A DNA stretch of 36,411 nt from Selaginella moellendorffii. Taxonomy: Eukaryota > Plantae > Lycopodiophyta. The DNA lies in contig NW_003314297.1 in assembly GCF_000143415.4 (NCBI RefSeq), positions 869,978 through 906,388 on the forward strand, given 5' to 3'. Within the stretch, counting starts at the first letter, position 1, and every line of letters begins with the position of its first letter. The notes under the pieces were generated by a model. The model saw only the letters and a list, made by a program, of their open reading frames with translations, was not told the DNA's origin and searched no databases. The translations under genes were made by a program, and so were the position numbers. Shown in pieces: positions 25,366 to 36,411 of the stretch.

Positions 25366-25667
25366 AACCGATAAAACCTTAAAATTCCTCCAAAAAGGCG
25401 GCGTTACTTTTTCCGTATAAAACCAAGAAAGCCTTTGAATTCTTGTGGATGGAAAACGATGGCAAATGCATTGTTTCGCTCATCCTGTCAACTGGAAATT
25501 AAATCCAAAGTAAACTGGCAAAACTGTACAGCCCACCTGAAGACTGGCAAACTCCAAAAAACAATTTTTTTGCGGATCCTAGTGTAGCAAATCAAACCTT
25601 TTCAAGAACTGCAACACTCCTGAAAGTTGGAGGTCAGTTGTGCAAAAAGGCGAAAAACTTCAATGGA

Positions 25668-28600
25668 TCAGTAGCAGCAGTCACCTGAAACCGGACGGAG
25701 AATCAGATTCTGCCACTGCTCTCTCAGAGCACAGATTCTTTCCTCGTGTTTGGACCTCGTCTCTGTCCACGTTTGCATTTTCTCCCGTTCCTCCCATGCA
25801 ACGCTAGCCTTCTCCCAGTCCCACACTTGTTTCCACTGCGTGCCACTGATGCCAAACTTCGAGTCGGCCACACTAGTGGGAGGAGTATCCTAACAACGAG
25901 CACTTGGATCTTAGAAAAACTCAAGAGGCGAAAAAGCAATCAGCTGAACATACCCGGAAAGCCAGCAGCCTTTGCGGTCGACGTGATCTCTTCTCAAAAT
26001 CGCGAGAACCTTGGTTGCCGTATCTATCTCGTCCATAGTCATGGAATCTTTGGATTGGAAGGCCCTGGATTCAGTCGCACAAACTCTTGAGGAATCTTAT
26101 GTCTGAACTGGTGAACTACCTCGTGAGCGAGAATCATAAAATGCTTCCAAAGTGGAGCCGCGTGTGAATAACCTGTGACTGTCACAAAAACGAAGGGATC
26201 AAACTTTGACAGCCTAGAAAACAAAGCCTTTACTTGGATGCATTCCACCAACAGGAGTGTTGTCGTCATATCCAATCCAGACCTGTCATCGCAACTCAAA
26301 GACGTGGATATTCTCAATATGAACCGGTTCCCTTACCACACAAGAAAGCTCGGGCGTAAAGCCAGCAAACCACGCGTCTCTGTAGCCATCAGAAGTTCCC
26401 GTTTTCCCAGCGCAAGGCCTTCCTATTCTTGCAGATTGTCCAGTTCCTTTCTCTACAACGGCCTGCAGTAGCCTCCTGAGCTCAGACACTGCATACTCGT
26501 CCACAACCGCCTCTTCACTTGGTGCCGGCTGAGGAAAAGCGCGACACCACTTCAGCTTTTAACAAAAGGATTGACATCACCACGTACCTGTTCCTGTAAA
26601 ACTTCGCCTTGGGAATCCCGCACACAGGAAATCATGTATGGCTTTCGGTAGATTCCTCCGGAGGCAATAGTTGCATACACAGTAGCAAGTTGCAGTGGAG
26701 TCACCTGAACGAGTATACAGGTAGATCGTGAGCAGTGGCAATACAAATATTTACCTCACAGCCGCCAAGGGACAGAGACAGTTCGTAAGGAAGAAATGTA
26801 TCAATGCCAAGCGCCGCTCCCATGGCACATACCTACATATACAGCTTATAGATAGAAACACAATGGTCTGTCAAAAACCTTGTCGACTCCGACTTCTGCA
26901 CACAGTTTTACAGTTGGAATGTTCAGAGATCTCAGCAGCGATTCTTCCACTGTAACCTGTTTCAAAACAGAAAGTTAAGTCCCATGAAGCTGGATAGCTT
27001 ACTCTTCCTCTATATTTGCGGTCGTAGTTCTCCGGAGTAAAGCCACCAATTGTGTAAGGAGCGTCCACTATCGTACGGCTTGGATCACTAGCACAGACAT
27101 AGCCTTAAAGAAGAGCATGAACATATGAAAAAAGCCCTTCGCGATGTTCCTTACATTCCTTCGGCTAGAGCTGTAAGGTACACAACGGGTTTGAATGTCG
27201 AACCAGGTGATCGAAATGCCTGCGTACAAAACTTTCACTATTACAGAGTTGAAGCAAGATTCTCGAACCTGCGTGCATCGATTAAAACTGCTTTCATAGT
27301 AGTCCCTGCCACCGACAAGTACACGAACCGCACCACTTAAAGGATCGATACCAATCACTGCTCCTTCCATCCTATCGGCAACTATAAGGTGACTTGAAAA
27401 ACACAATATCACACTTACTTTGCTACAGCTGCCTTCTTGCTTTCATCCTCATATTTTGCAAGAGATGCTTCTAATCTCTTTTCCCTGCATGTCCCAGTAG
27501 GAGCTGAAAATGTCAGGTGGAAGACAAATTCTACATACATCCAATCGAATCGCAAACAAACAGCTGCTTTGGCTTTCTCCGCAGCAAGAGAAATGGCTTT
27601 ATCTGTTTCCTCTCTGCAGTAAGACTTACTTAATTGCGATACACAACCTGGAAACCTGTACCTGAGCTTACTGACGTCCATTTTTCGACGACGCTTCTTC
27701 GCATCCTTTTGGATCCTTCACAAAGTATGCCAGAGGTTGTCAAAGTAAAAAATGAGTAAGATACCTTAACGTAACCGCGTTTACGGCTTTCAAAATTTCC
27801 TCGGCTCGAGTTTTTCCTAATTTTTTAATTTTCTCGCGGATCTTCCCGATCTCCTTATCCGCAAGAACCAACCTTTCATTATCAAATTCGGACAAAGCTT
27901 CCGTGATGGTCTTTTCAGCTATATCTTGTATGGACAAGTCCAGTGTAGTATGTATCTATGAAACACAATATGTTTCACCAAAGCTGTACACATTTCATAT
28001 GAATACCTGTAATCCGCCGCGAAGAATGTGGTCTCTTCCATAAGTTTGCGTCAGCTCATACAGCACCTGAAGGGCCAATCTCAAGTCAGCCAAACATCTC
28101 CATAAAGACAAACCTCGCTGACAAAGTAAGGAGCACGCCATGGACCACAGGTTCCTTCCTGATACTCCAAAGAGAGAGAGAGAGGTTCATTAACCGCGGC
28201 AGCAGCACTGTCGGCATCCAGAAATCCAACCTCGACCATGCGCCGGAGTGTTCTAGCCTGAGGCTTTTTCCCTCTAATCGAGTGGTGTTAGTAAACAAGT
28301 CAGCCTCGTCTTTCATACCTGCTAGGATCTCTATATGGTGACAGAAGTTCGGGTGCAGGAATAATGCCTGCTAGCATTGCGCATTCTGCTAGCGTCAACA
28401 GTGATGGATGCTTTCCAAAGTAAAACGCTGCGGCGGCTTTCAAACCGTAGACACCGTGGCCCCAATAAATCTGCCAGAAAGTGGTCAGTCCAAAGCATTG
28501 CACAGCCAAAACGTCGAACACAATCACCTTGTCAAGGTAAAGACGTAAGATATCCCACTTGGACATACGTTTCTCCAAAAGAAGTGCTAGAATGATCTCC

Positions 28601-29453
28601 ACAGCCTTGCGAGACCATTTTCGTTCGTTTGTTAGAAATAAGTTCTTCACCAGCTGCGCGAAAGAACAAAACAAACTTGATCCAGTGCAAGAAAAAGAAA
28701 CAGGAAAACCCAAAGTACCTGTTGCGTGATCGTGCTTCCACCACCGCTAGAAGAAAGCGTAAGCACCGCACGAGAAATCCCTCTCGGATCAATTCCATGG
28801 TGCTCAAAGAAACGCCGATCCTCGGAAGCTACCACCGCCTGCCACATCGCCGAAGGAATGTCGCTCGGACGGAGAGGACCGGTCGAGGCCGAAGTTTTCA
28901 AAGGATCTCGCTTGCCAATGTATCCTCCAGGAACAAGAGTGGCAATCACCTCGCCGTGACAGTCATAAATCACAGTCTCGGGCTCTTCTCCTTGTCCAAA
29001 CTTTGGATCAGCTCTCGGCTGCTCGCCTTCGAGTTTCCTCCATCTGTCTATGAAATCCGGGGGCAGAGCCGAGAGCAAGATCTTCACAACGCTGGCCACC
29101 CCGCTGAAAGCTAAAACTATCCCAAGAGCGCCAAGCACGGACTTGACCCATTTCTTCCGGCTTCCTGGCTGTTTACTTCCACTGCCAGAAAATCTCCACC
29201 CCGTCTTCTTCGCCCTGGAGGACACGCATTGCGCGCTGTTGAGCGCCCGAAACAGTTCTAGCTCTATCCTCGTCTTCCAATCGGCAAGTAGAGCCTCGCA
29301 ATCTGGCTGGGAGCTGGAGATACCTATCGCCTCTCTCGTTGCTGCCGCTGCTATGGCCTCGGAATCGCACGCTCCTGGACAAAGCGATTGCTGCTTGCAA
29401 AATGCCAGACCTGGAGGGTGTCCTAGCAGCGCCATCCCCTCCCTGGAATGCAT
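25668..29453 (-). CDS. PBP: Class A (bifunctional transglycosylase/transpeptidase) penicillin-binding protein, probably plastid-targeted, about 20 exons
   Basis: TM helix SVLGALGIVLAFSGVASVV. GT51 motifs EDRRFFEHHGID, GGSTITQQLVKN, RKAVE, KWDILRLYLD-IYWG, LAGIIPAP. Transpeptidase motifs RSPGSTFKP (SxxK), SLN (SxN), GKTGTS, DAWFAGFTP. Last exon DTPPTSVADSK...GDCCY*. Confidence 0.95.
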
Positions 29454-29680
29454 AAACCCTAACCCATTGTTTGATCAAAAGAATAAATCTTCCCGGGCTT
29501 TCAATTCATCTTTAAGCTATAGCCCTGCTAGCTCCCTCTTTTGCTTCAAAAAAAAAAAACAAACAAACTTCCTAGTTCCATTCTGTCATCCCGGAAATGA
29601 GGAGTCGGAGTTTCTCAACTAAAGAGTAAAGATGGAGAAAAAGCAAGATTTTTGTTGGGATGGCCGCACGTCGTCCTTGC

Positions 29681-31344
29681 TCATGCTGTATTTGCTGCTG
29701 GCACCGCTGCTGTGAAATCATAGTTTTCATCCTCGTCATCAGTCTCATATTCCTGATCAGAGTCGGTCTCATCAGCAGCCGCATCGACCACTCCATTTCT
29801 AATGGTCTCACATAGTCGTCCATCTCTGTGGGATATCGTTTGGCATTGCCATTCCAGCACCTCTCGTTCGATTAAATGTGGGAAAGCTTGTGAATCTGGT
29901 CCCTTGACAATCCATTGCGGGGGAATTTGTGTACATACTTCTGTGTGTCAAAACACCTCTCCGCAGCTGCATCGCGTAGAACAAAGAAAGAAAACGATGT
30001 TAGTCCCCCGCAATCGAGGGTCTTGATACCATACCAGACCAGTTTCAAAATGGGAAGCATATCATTGATCATCTCCCAAAGTTCATCGTTGTTGATGGCA
30101 TTGCAGAACCTGACAGCCTTTGCAAGGACTGGTTGCTAAGGATCGCTCCCACCGTCCAAACTCCTCGCTGCTGACAACCTCTCTCAATACCTCACGGAAT
30201 TCTTCTGAATATACTAGCCAACATGGTTTCTGCTGGTTTCACTCGCTTACGTTTCAGCAAGTTTTTGCTGCGAACAAGCATTGGCGTGGTGGTGATAACC
30301 CGCACCATAAACTTGGTGTCAGCTACGATGTTTCTGAACCAAATTTCGTTTCCAGGCCGTCACCACAAAGTTCAGAGGGTGAGGTTGGCACCTCAACGAC
30401 CATAGCCGGGAAAACCTCTCTTCTAAGAGCTTCCCTCAGAGCACGCAATTATCCATAATAACTGCAATTATGGACACGGGACCGATCTCTCGAAGAACTT
30501 CCTCAAGGTATCCAGCAATTGCCTCACCTCGGAAAAGAGACACTGTAATAGAAAATGTTACGTACCTGTGATTCCCAATTCACGAACTTGAATGGTGTGG
30601 TCGTAAGTCTCGATGCGCACAGACATGAGCATGACGTTGTTTTTGTGTCCAACCATATGCAACTAGTGTCAGTGGGAGAGAATTCGCTGCGTGATTTTCC
30701 ATCACCCTTGCCACCCTTTGCTTGCTCTTTCCATAAGCACGATTCAGCAGGGTAGTGCGGAGAGCACCTTCGGATGGTAACTCGAACACTGGGCCAGCTT
30801 GTGCGATACTGTCACCTGCCTCCTTCCAAGCTGGATTCTGTAGCGTATGCAAAGCCCTACGATTTCCAAGTACAGATATGCGAAAGAAATGAAAAGGCAA
30901 AATTCGTAACTTACTGCAGTTTCGGTTGTGACCATGTCTTCCTCAGTGTATCGTCGTGGATGCAGGCTCGCCAGTAGTTGTTCGCCAGCTCGCGAGTAGC
31001 AGTAGCCGCATCAATTCAAAGTGGTCGAGGAACAAAATAAAAACAATCAAATCCAAGACAAAAAAAAAAACCTGATCTTGATATCCTTTGAGGAGCCTCG
31101 CTGTCGTTGACCCTCCATTCTTCCTTCTTTTGCTTTTTCCTGCTGTTCTCCTGCTGTTGGCGCTGGGGGCAAGGCGGCCGCGCCGGCGGAGCAGCAGCAC
31201 TTGCCGAGGGGCGATTGTGGCAATGCCGATGCTGCTGGAGCTGGCCGCGTTGCTGGGTGGCGTGGAAGAGGACTGGCGCCGTTGTTGATATACCACATTA
31301 TTGTGTTTCTGCCCTAGGCCTCCTACACTTACTTTTAGCCTCAC
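29681..31344 (-). mobile_element. Degenerate hAT-superfamily (DUF659-type) transposase
   Basis: PSEGALRTTLL..TLVAYGWT; AVIMDN..GKLLEERFSRLWSLRCQPHPLN; VKPAETMLAS; NDELWEMINDMLPILK; dimerisation-like AAERCF...RNGLSRDQIHKL; acidic tail ending TGA at 29681-29683. Many frameshifts. The 5' limit is uncertain and no TIRs were identified. Confidence 0.8.
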
Positions 31345-31941
31345 TCTCTTGTCTTTAACAATGGGTCTTCAATTGTTCCTTTGCTAGAAGAAAAGGAGAC
31401 AAACACAATAGGAATTCTACGTTGATGTTATTGGCAATTGTGTCATTTATAACATTGCTCCCTTGCCAGAACTATAGGTAGATGACAATCACCTTTCTTG
31501 GTAATTGTATCATCTACCAAATCTGGTATAAGAGGAATAATTTCATCATCTAACTTAAGACAGCCTTCTACTTTGCATATCCTTTTGCTAGTCCTTTTCT
31601 TATCTATCTGAATCATCTATTGTAGTGGCGGTGGCATCAACTGGAACATCATTGGCCAAGTGTTTGAGCTTAGGCTGAGAATGATTGACTGCCTTTTACT
31701 TCTATTGTAAGTGGGGCTCACAGCAAGTTAAATGATATGGTTTTAATTCATTGATAGTGTAGCTGAAATTATGCTATCTCACAGTTTTTATTAAAAATAT
31801 CAACCTTAAAACTTGACTATAGTTTGACAAAAGTTTAAGACTGAAAAATCACAGTATTATAGTATGCTTAGATATTCCTTGGAGAGTCTAGTTACAATGG
31901 CAGCTTGTGATCATTTTAATTAAAATTTCAATATATCAAAA

Positions 31942-32772
31942 TTACTTCAATGCCCACCAAACTGTATTAAGTGCATTTAACTTGTAAGATATTAAATTAC
32001 AGTCATTTTGTAATATTATATATGTAAAAATAAAACAACGTTTTATTGAACAATATTTTCCTATGGACCATAAAAGTTTTTGAAAATTACCACCATATAA
32101 AACTAAGTTACCATCATTTTGATTTATTAAAATACAGTTACCTTTATCATAAAAAGTATATGTTTCAAATATTATATTTAGTCCACAATAAAGTATCAAA
32201 TTGCAATTAGATTGTAAAAATAATATATTCTTTTTATTTGGTGATATTAAAAAATTACCTTTATATAATATTTGATAAATTGGAAAACTACTGTCAAGTG
32301 TAGTTAATGAAATATGACAATCTTTAAGTGAAGAAATGATAATATTGAATTTACTTCTAGATAAATATGTACTTTTATTCTTCCAAATTATTACAGCATA
32401 CTGTATTTCATATAAACGTGCAGTTATTTGTGCTGCATCTGCGCCTTGTATAATCATCAATTCGTGATGATTTTCAGTTAGCTCATTTATTTGGCGGCTT
32501 ATAGTTGATCCTTTAATAGTTATATTTAAAAACTCTTCATCACAAAATCCCCCTAATCTTCTTATTGCTACACAAACTATACCTTGAGAAACTGTAATTA
32601 ATTTAAAATCAACATATTTTGGTGAATAGTTTTCAGTAAGAATTAATTTTCTAGTAAGTTCATAAATTCCTTTATTAATAATATCATTGATATCTTGTTC
32701 ATTTAACTTACCAGTATTTCCCCATGTATATGAAACTTGATAACATGGTTGAATCAAGAAAAAGAAAATCAT
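31942..32772 (-). CDS. Putative secreted protein: unrecognised N-terminal domain plus C-terminal bulb-type (GNA-like) lectin domain
   Basis: Uninterrupted 276-aa ORF. Three QxDxNxVxY-like motifs (QSNCNLILY, QNDGNLVLY, QNDCNLISY), LYKGNFLISPN, LLWSIG and VWWA. Short hydrophobic N-terminus. Confidence 0.8.
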   Translation of the reverse strand: MIFFFLIQPCYQVSYTWGNTGKLNEQDINDIINKGIYELTRKLILTENYSPKYVDFKLITVSQGIVCVAIRRLGGFCDEEFLNITIKGSTISRQINELTENHHELMIIQGADAAQITARLYEIQYAVIIWKNKSTYLSRSKFNIIISSLKDCHISLTTLDSSFPIYQILYKGNFLISPNKKNILFLQSNCNLILYCGLNIIFETYTFYDKGNCILINQNDGNLVLYGGNFQKLLWSIGKYCSIKRCFIFTYIILQNDCNLISYKLNALNTVWWALK

Positions 32773-33219
32773 AGCTAATATATTTTAGTATTTTAAATTA
32801 CTTTAATAAATTATTATGAAAATTCTCAAATAAATTTTAAAGATATTTCAATACTCTTAAAATAAATAAATCAATACTTTTAAAAAAACTATTTATGAAT
32901 ACTTTTATATTCTAATGTGTTATAATATTATTAACTAACTTTTTTAGCAACAATATAAGTGAACCTTCTTTAATGTTCCTATGTCTTATTTCTGATATAT
33001 TTTTAAACATAAATTTACCTTCATACAATTGGAAATATTAAAAAAATTTATTAAAAAATAAAAATTATTTTAAAAATATTTTTAGCTGAAAAGGTTGCTA
33101 GAATTTTAATATTTAACTAAAATTATTTAAAATTGGCTGATTTTATAATATGCTATACCTATAATACATTTTTTAATAAAGATAAAAGTTAATATATTAA
33201 TAAATTTTATTTGATAGAA

Positions 33220-33222
<3 letters not shown>

Positions 33223-33298
<76 letters not shown>
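33223..33298. repeat. (AT)n microsatellite, ~38 units
   Basis: Perfect AT run. Confidence 0.98.
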
Positions 33299-33301
<3 letters not shown>

Positions 33302-33617
33302 CTATTATTAAAATAAAAAAAATATGAGTGGAATATAGAAATATGTATATTTAATTAGCCTAAAAACAGTAGCTTACAGACAAGAGTGAGTAGTCCAGAT
33401 TGCAATTTGACAACTATCAAAATTCTATTATGCTAATAATAGTATATAGTATAATAGACAAACATCAAATAGATAGAAGGTAATTAAGGTTATTTTCCTT
33501 TTGTTAATTGAAGGATGGAAGGTTGCTAGGGTTTCTCCTCAGGATCAGAGTCATTGAAGGATTTATAGGTAGTGTAATTTGTCCTTAATCTCTTTGTACA
33601 ACACACTTTAGCTACTA

Positions 33618-33667
33618 CATATCTATATATCTATCTATCTCTCTCTCTCTCTCTCTCTATATATATA
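33618..33667. repeat. Compound TA/TC microsatellite
   Basis: catatctatatatctatctatctctctctctctctctctctatatatata. Confidence 0.85.
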
Positions 33668-33719
33668 AATTTTTTTTTTATAGAGGATTGATTTGTTGAT
33701 TGTCATGCCAAAACTCATA

Positions 33720-35330
33720 AACTTATAGTACCACAACATTTAATATGGTCCCTTTCACTGAGCCTCTTAGACAATTTAAATAATATAATATTGGAAAAAT
33801 GAAGTAATACTAAATTATACATTTTGAACTCCATAAGTGGATGATAATGAGAGTTATGGTATTGTTGTTGCTTCACTTGTAGCTTAATTATTTAGCAAAT
33901 TTTACTTGAATTAGTGGAAAAATGCTCATCAAATATTGATCTTAGTACCTAGTATCAGTAGCTTGTGGTAAATGTGAATATAAACTTAACTTCAATTAAT
34001 ATTATGAAAAAATAAAAGTTTATATAATAAAGCACCACTAGAGTTTTACATGCTTATGATATATAAATATGGAAGATATGACAAATACTATCCCAATTTA
34101 AATGTTAAAAATTTATATACTTTGCAATTATCCCCTTGAATTTCTGAACAACCCATTCCAGTAAACTATTCATTACATATCCCTAGTTAAGACATTAAGA
34201 TATGAAATGCCTTAACTATAACTATGTGATCATTATCTGAGAGAATCCACTCTACATGTTAGAATACTATTTGATTGAGGAGGAATTATTCAATAATAGT
34301 CATAGATATATTACTAAAAACACTAACTTCCACCCAATAAGTCATGTAGTCAAAAATAATAATGATGTGCTCATTGCTAGTAGTTAAACATGGTAAAGCC
34401 CTTATCAAATCAAACATCACTAATTCAAATGGAAAATTATAATTAACTTTAATTATCCTTTTGTAGTACAAGAGGGAGTATTATAAGTTTGGGATCAAAT
34501 GCAATTATGCATATATTGAATAATGTTATATTACATCTTTGATTAATAGAAAGATTTGCATAGTTTCTTAGTCACATTAAGATGTTCTATGCACTTGCCT
34601 AGAATAGAAGAGTCATAGTAAGTGTGGAGGAAACATAGAATAAAAATTGAAAGCACCATTAGACATAAATGGTCATCAAGATTAATATCCATGGCTTAAC
34701 CTTTTAAGCTTTATAAACTTCGTTAAAAGAAGGTAATTCCAACTCTGCACTTTGTGAACATTAAATATCAACTATAGCAACTGCCAATAGTACAGAGTTC
34801 AAAAAATCCATTAATGCTTAAATAATAAATTCATTATAAATATGATAAGAGAGGAGTTTGAGAAAATGTGTTAGCATTAACTATGAAACTCCCTAAATGA
34901 TGAATGACCTTGAAGTTATATATTTGAGTCTTCAAATCTAATTGAGTAATATGACTAATAAAGTTTTTCCATTTCAATACTAAAGTGATTATAGCATGAT
35001 TGCCCTCTAACAACATTTGAGAACCATGCAAGTATGCATAAAGCTTTGTGAAACCTTAAACCAATGCTAAAACACTCTTCTATTCTAAAGTAGTTCACCT
35101 TTAGTAGTTTTAGTGTATAGTTGATATATGTAATAGGATAATGTTAACCATGCACACTCATGTTTTCTTCATCAACACACAACACTAAAACATCCATGTG
35201 AAAGGTCAAGTGTAATTAAAATATTCCAAAATTGGAGAAATAATCAACACTTTTTGGATCAGAGTTAGATTGAAAGGAAAGAAAGAACTTTGCAAGAGTA
35301 AGTACCAAGAATGCCACACTACAAAATTAC
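33720..35330 (-). mobile_element. Highly degenerate Ty3/gypsy pol (RNase H followed by integrase)
   Basis: RNase H-like ALV*GFTKLYAYLHGSQMLLEGNHA and YNFKVIHHLGSFIVNANTFS, followed by integrase-like PFELVMFDLIRALPCLTTSNEHIIIIFDYMTYWVEV and ILSDN. RH before IN is the gypsy order. Boundaries approximate. Confidence 0.8.
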
Positions 35331-35979
35331 AATCTTTGTGTATGGTTGATTGAATCCCCTCTCAGTGACCACTGCTCAGGTATCACCTATAAGCTTGGCA
35401 ATGCTATGGGGATTCAAGATAAGATTTTTCCCAAGGAACGAAGAGAAGAAAATACATACTGGAAGTAAAGATTGCTTGTGTTATCTTTGACCACCCTGGT
35501 ACTTGCAATCTTTCAGACAACATCTAGGCCTTCGACCACCCGCCCTACCACTGAATTCATTGGGAATTTCAAAGAATTCATTGGGAAACCAAGTAGGATC
35601 CCAACTTCTAGTGATAGAACAGCTTCAATGGCCTCAAGCTGCATTCCCTTGTGTCAACAGCCTCAAGCTGCATTTCCAAGCATCTTTTGCAATGCCATTC
35701 CAAATCATTTTCTTCCCTCTTCCTCTTGCTGCCAGACGACTCAACACGCAAAATCCCCTTTAATCATTTAAAAACCTTCTTTATGAGAAGAACGGAAACG
35801 AACCTGAATGGCAGCAGCTGTGACTCTAAACTCATCATAGCCCCCCTCTCTCTGCTCTCAACCAGGTTCCCTACTGTGCCCGCCTTCAAGCCCTGTACTG
35901 AAATCTCCAAATTAAAACCCTGAAAAATAAAACAAAACTTGAGTTTGTGAACATGCCAAAATAAATAAATTTGTGAACT

Positions 35980-36411
35980 TCAAGTGGATTTGTTTAAGTC
36001 TACTACATAAGTAATGAGAATGTTTCTAACCTCTATAGCAGTGACATGAGGCTCCAGTCGCCAGCCTTGTGGTTGATTAGTCACTGGCTCAGGCTCAATG
36101 TCTATTTCCCCTATGTCACCTATACTAATAATGAAGTTATGCAGAATGCAAGTTGTTTTTATGGCAACTGTTAGTTGAGTGATAGTCTCAACTTTAACCA
36201 ACTTCCTAAACATCCTCCAACGACCTGTAAGCAATCCAAAACTTCTCTCACATACCATTCTCAAAGATGACAAATAAAAGTTGAATGCTTCCCTCAATTT
36301 AGTTCCATTTGCACTTGGAAATGATTGGTCCATTAAAAATTTCACCTGATTGAGCTCTTTTGTAGAATGAACTCTTCCTCAAAATAGTTATATCATGCAA
36401 CTCCCAAGATC
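35980..36411 (-). mobile_element. PIF/Harbinger (DDE_Tnp_4/HARBI1-like) transposase, C-terminal exon; 5' part lies outside the window
   Basis: FNFYLSSLRMVCERSFGLLTGRWRMF...IKTTCILHNFII...VRNILI. Confidence 0.88.

Noticed and set aside
25668-29453. Bacterial contamination or very recent HGT as the source of the PBP
   Set aside because: The gene has many spliceosomal introns of the same size and style as its neighbours.
35472-35923. Possible Harbinger Myb/SANT partner ORF
   Set aside because: Coding-like composition, but no recognisable motif and the frames are interrupted.

Overview
Eukaryotic plant nuclear DNA with three N gaps. Very short (~50-70 nt) introns, tight gene packing, degenerate PPR relics and a nuclear penicillin-binding-protein gene point to a seed-free land plant, probably a Selaginella-like lycophyte (inference). 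The window has three zones. (1) About 1-12.9 kb is AT-rich decayed repeat DNA. It holds a palindromic ~96-bp tandem repeat and a duplicated, strand-scrambled chloroplast LepA/EF4 pseudogene. (2) About 12.9-31.3 kb is a GC-richer island. It starts with an F-box pseudogene and PPR relics, followed by six apparently intact genes: fatty acid amide hydrolase (+), tyrosine phosphatase PTP1 (-), BTR1/Nova-like KH protein (+), HR-like lesion-inducing protein (+), an NPF/PTR transporter (-) and a class A PBP for plastid peptidoglycan (-). A dead hAT transposase lies immediately upstream of the PBP. (3) About 31.3 kb to the end is AT-rich. It contains an intact, very AT-rich ORF joining an unrecognised domain to a bulb-type lectin domain, microsatellites, a Ty3/gypsy pol relic and a PIF/Harbinger transposase fragment. 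The best candidates for novelty are the lectin fusion and the non-bacterial additions to the PBP. Exon boundaries were inferred by eye and no database searches were run.
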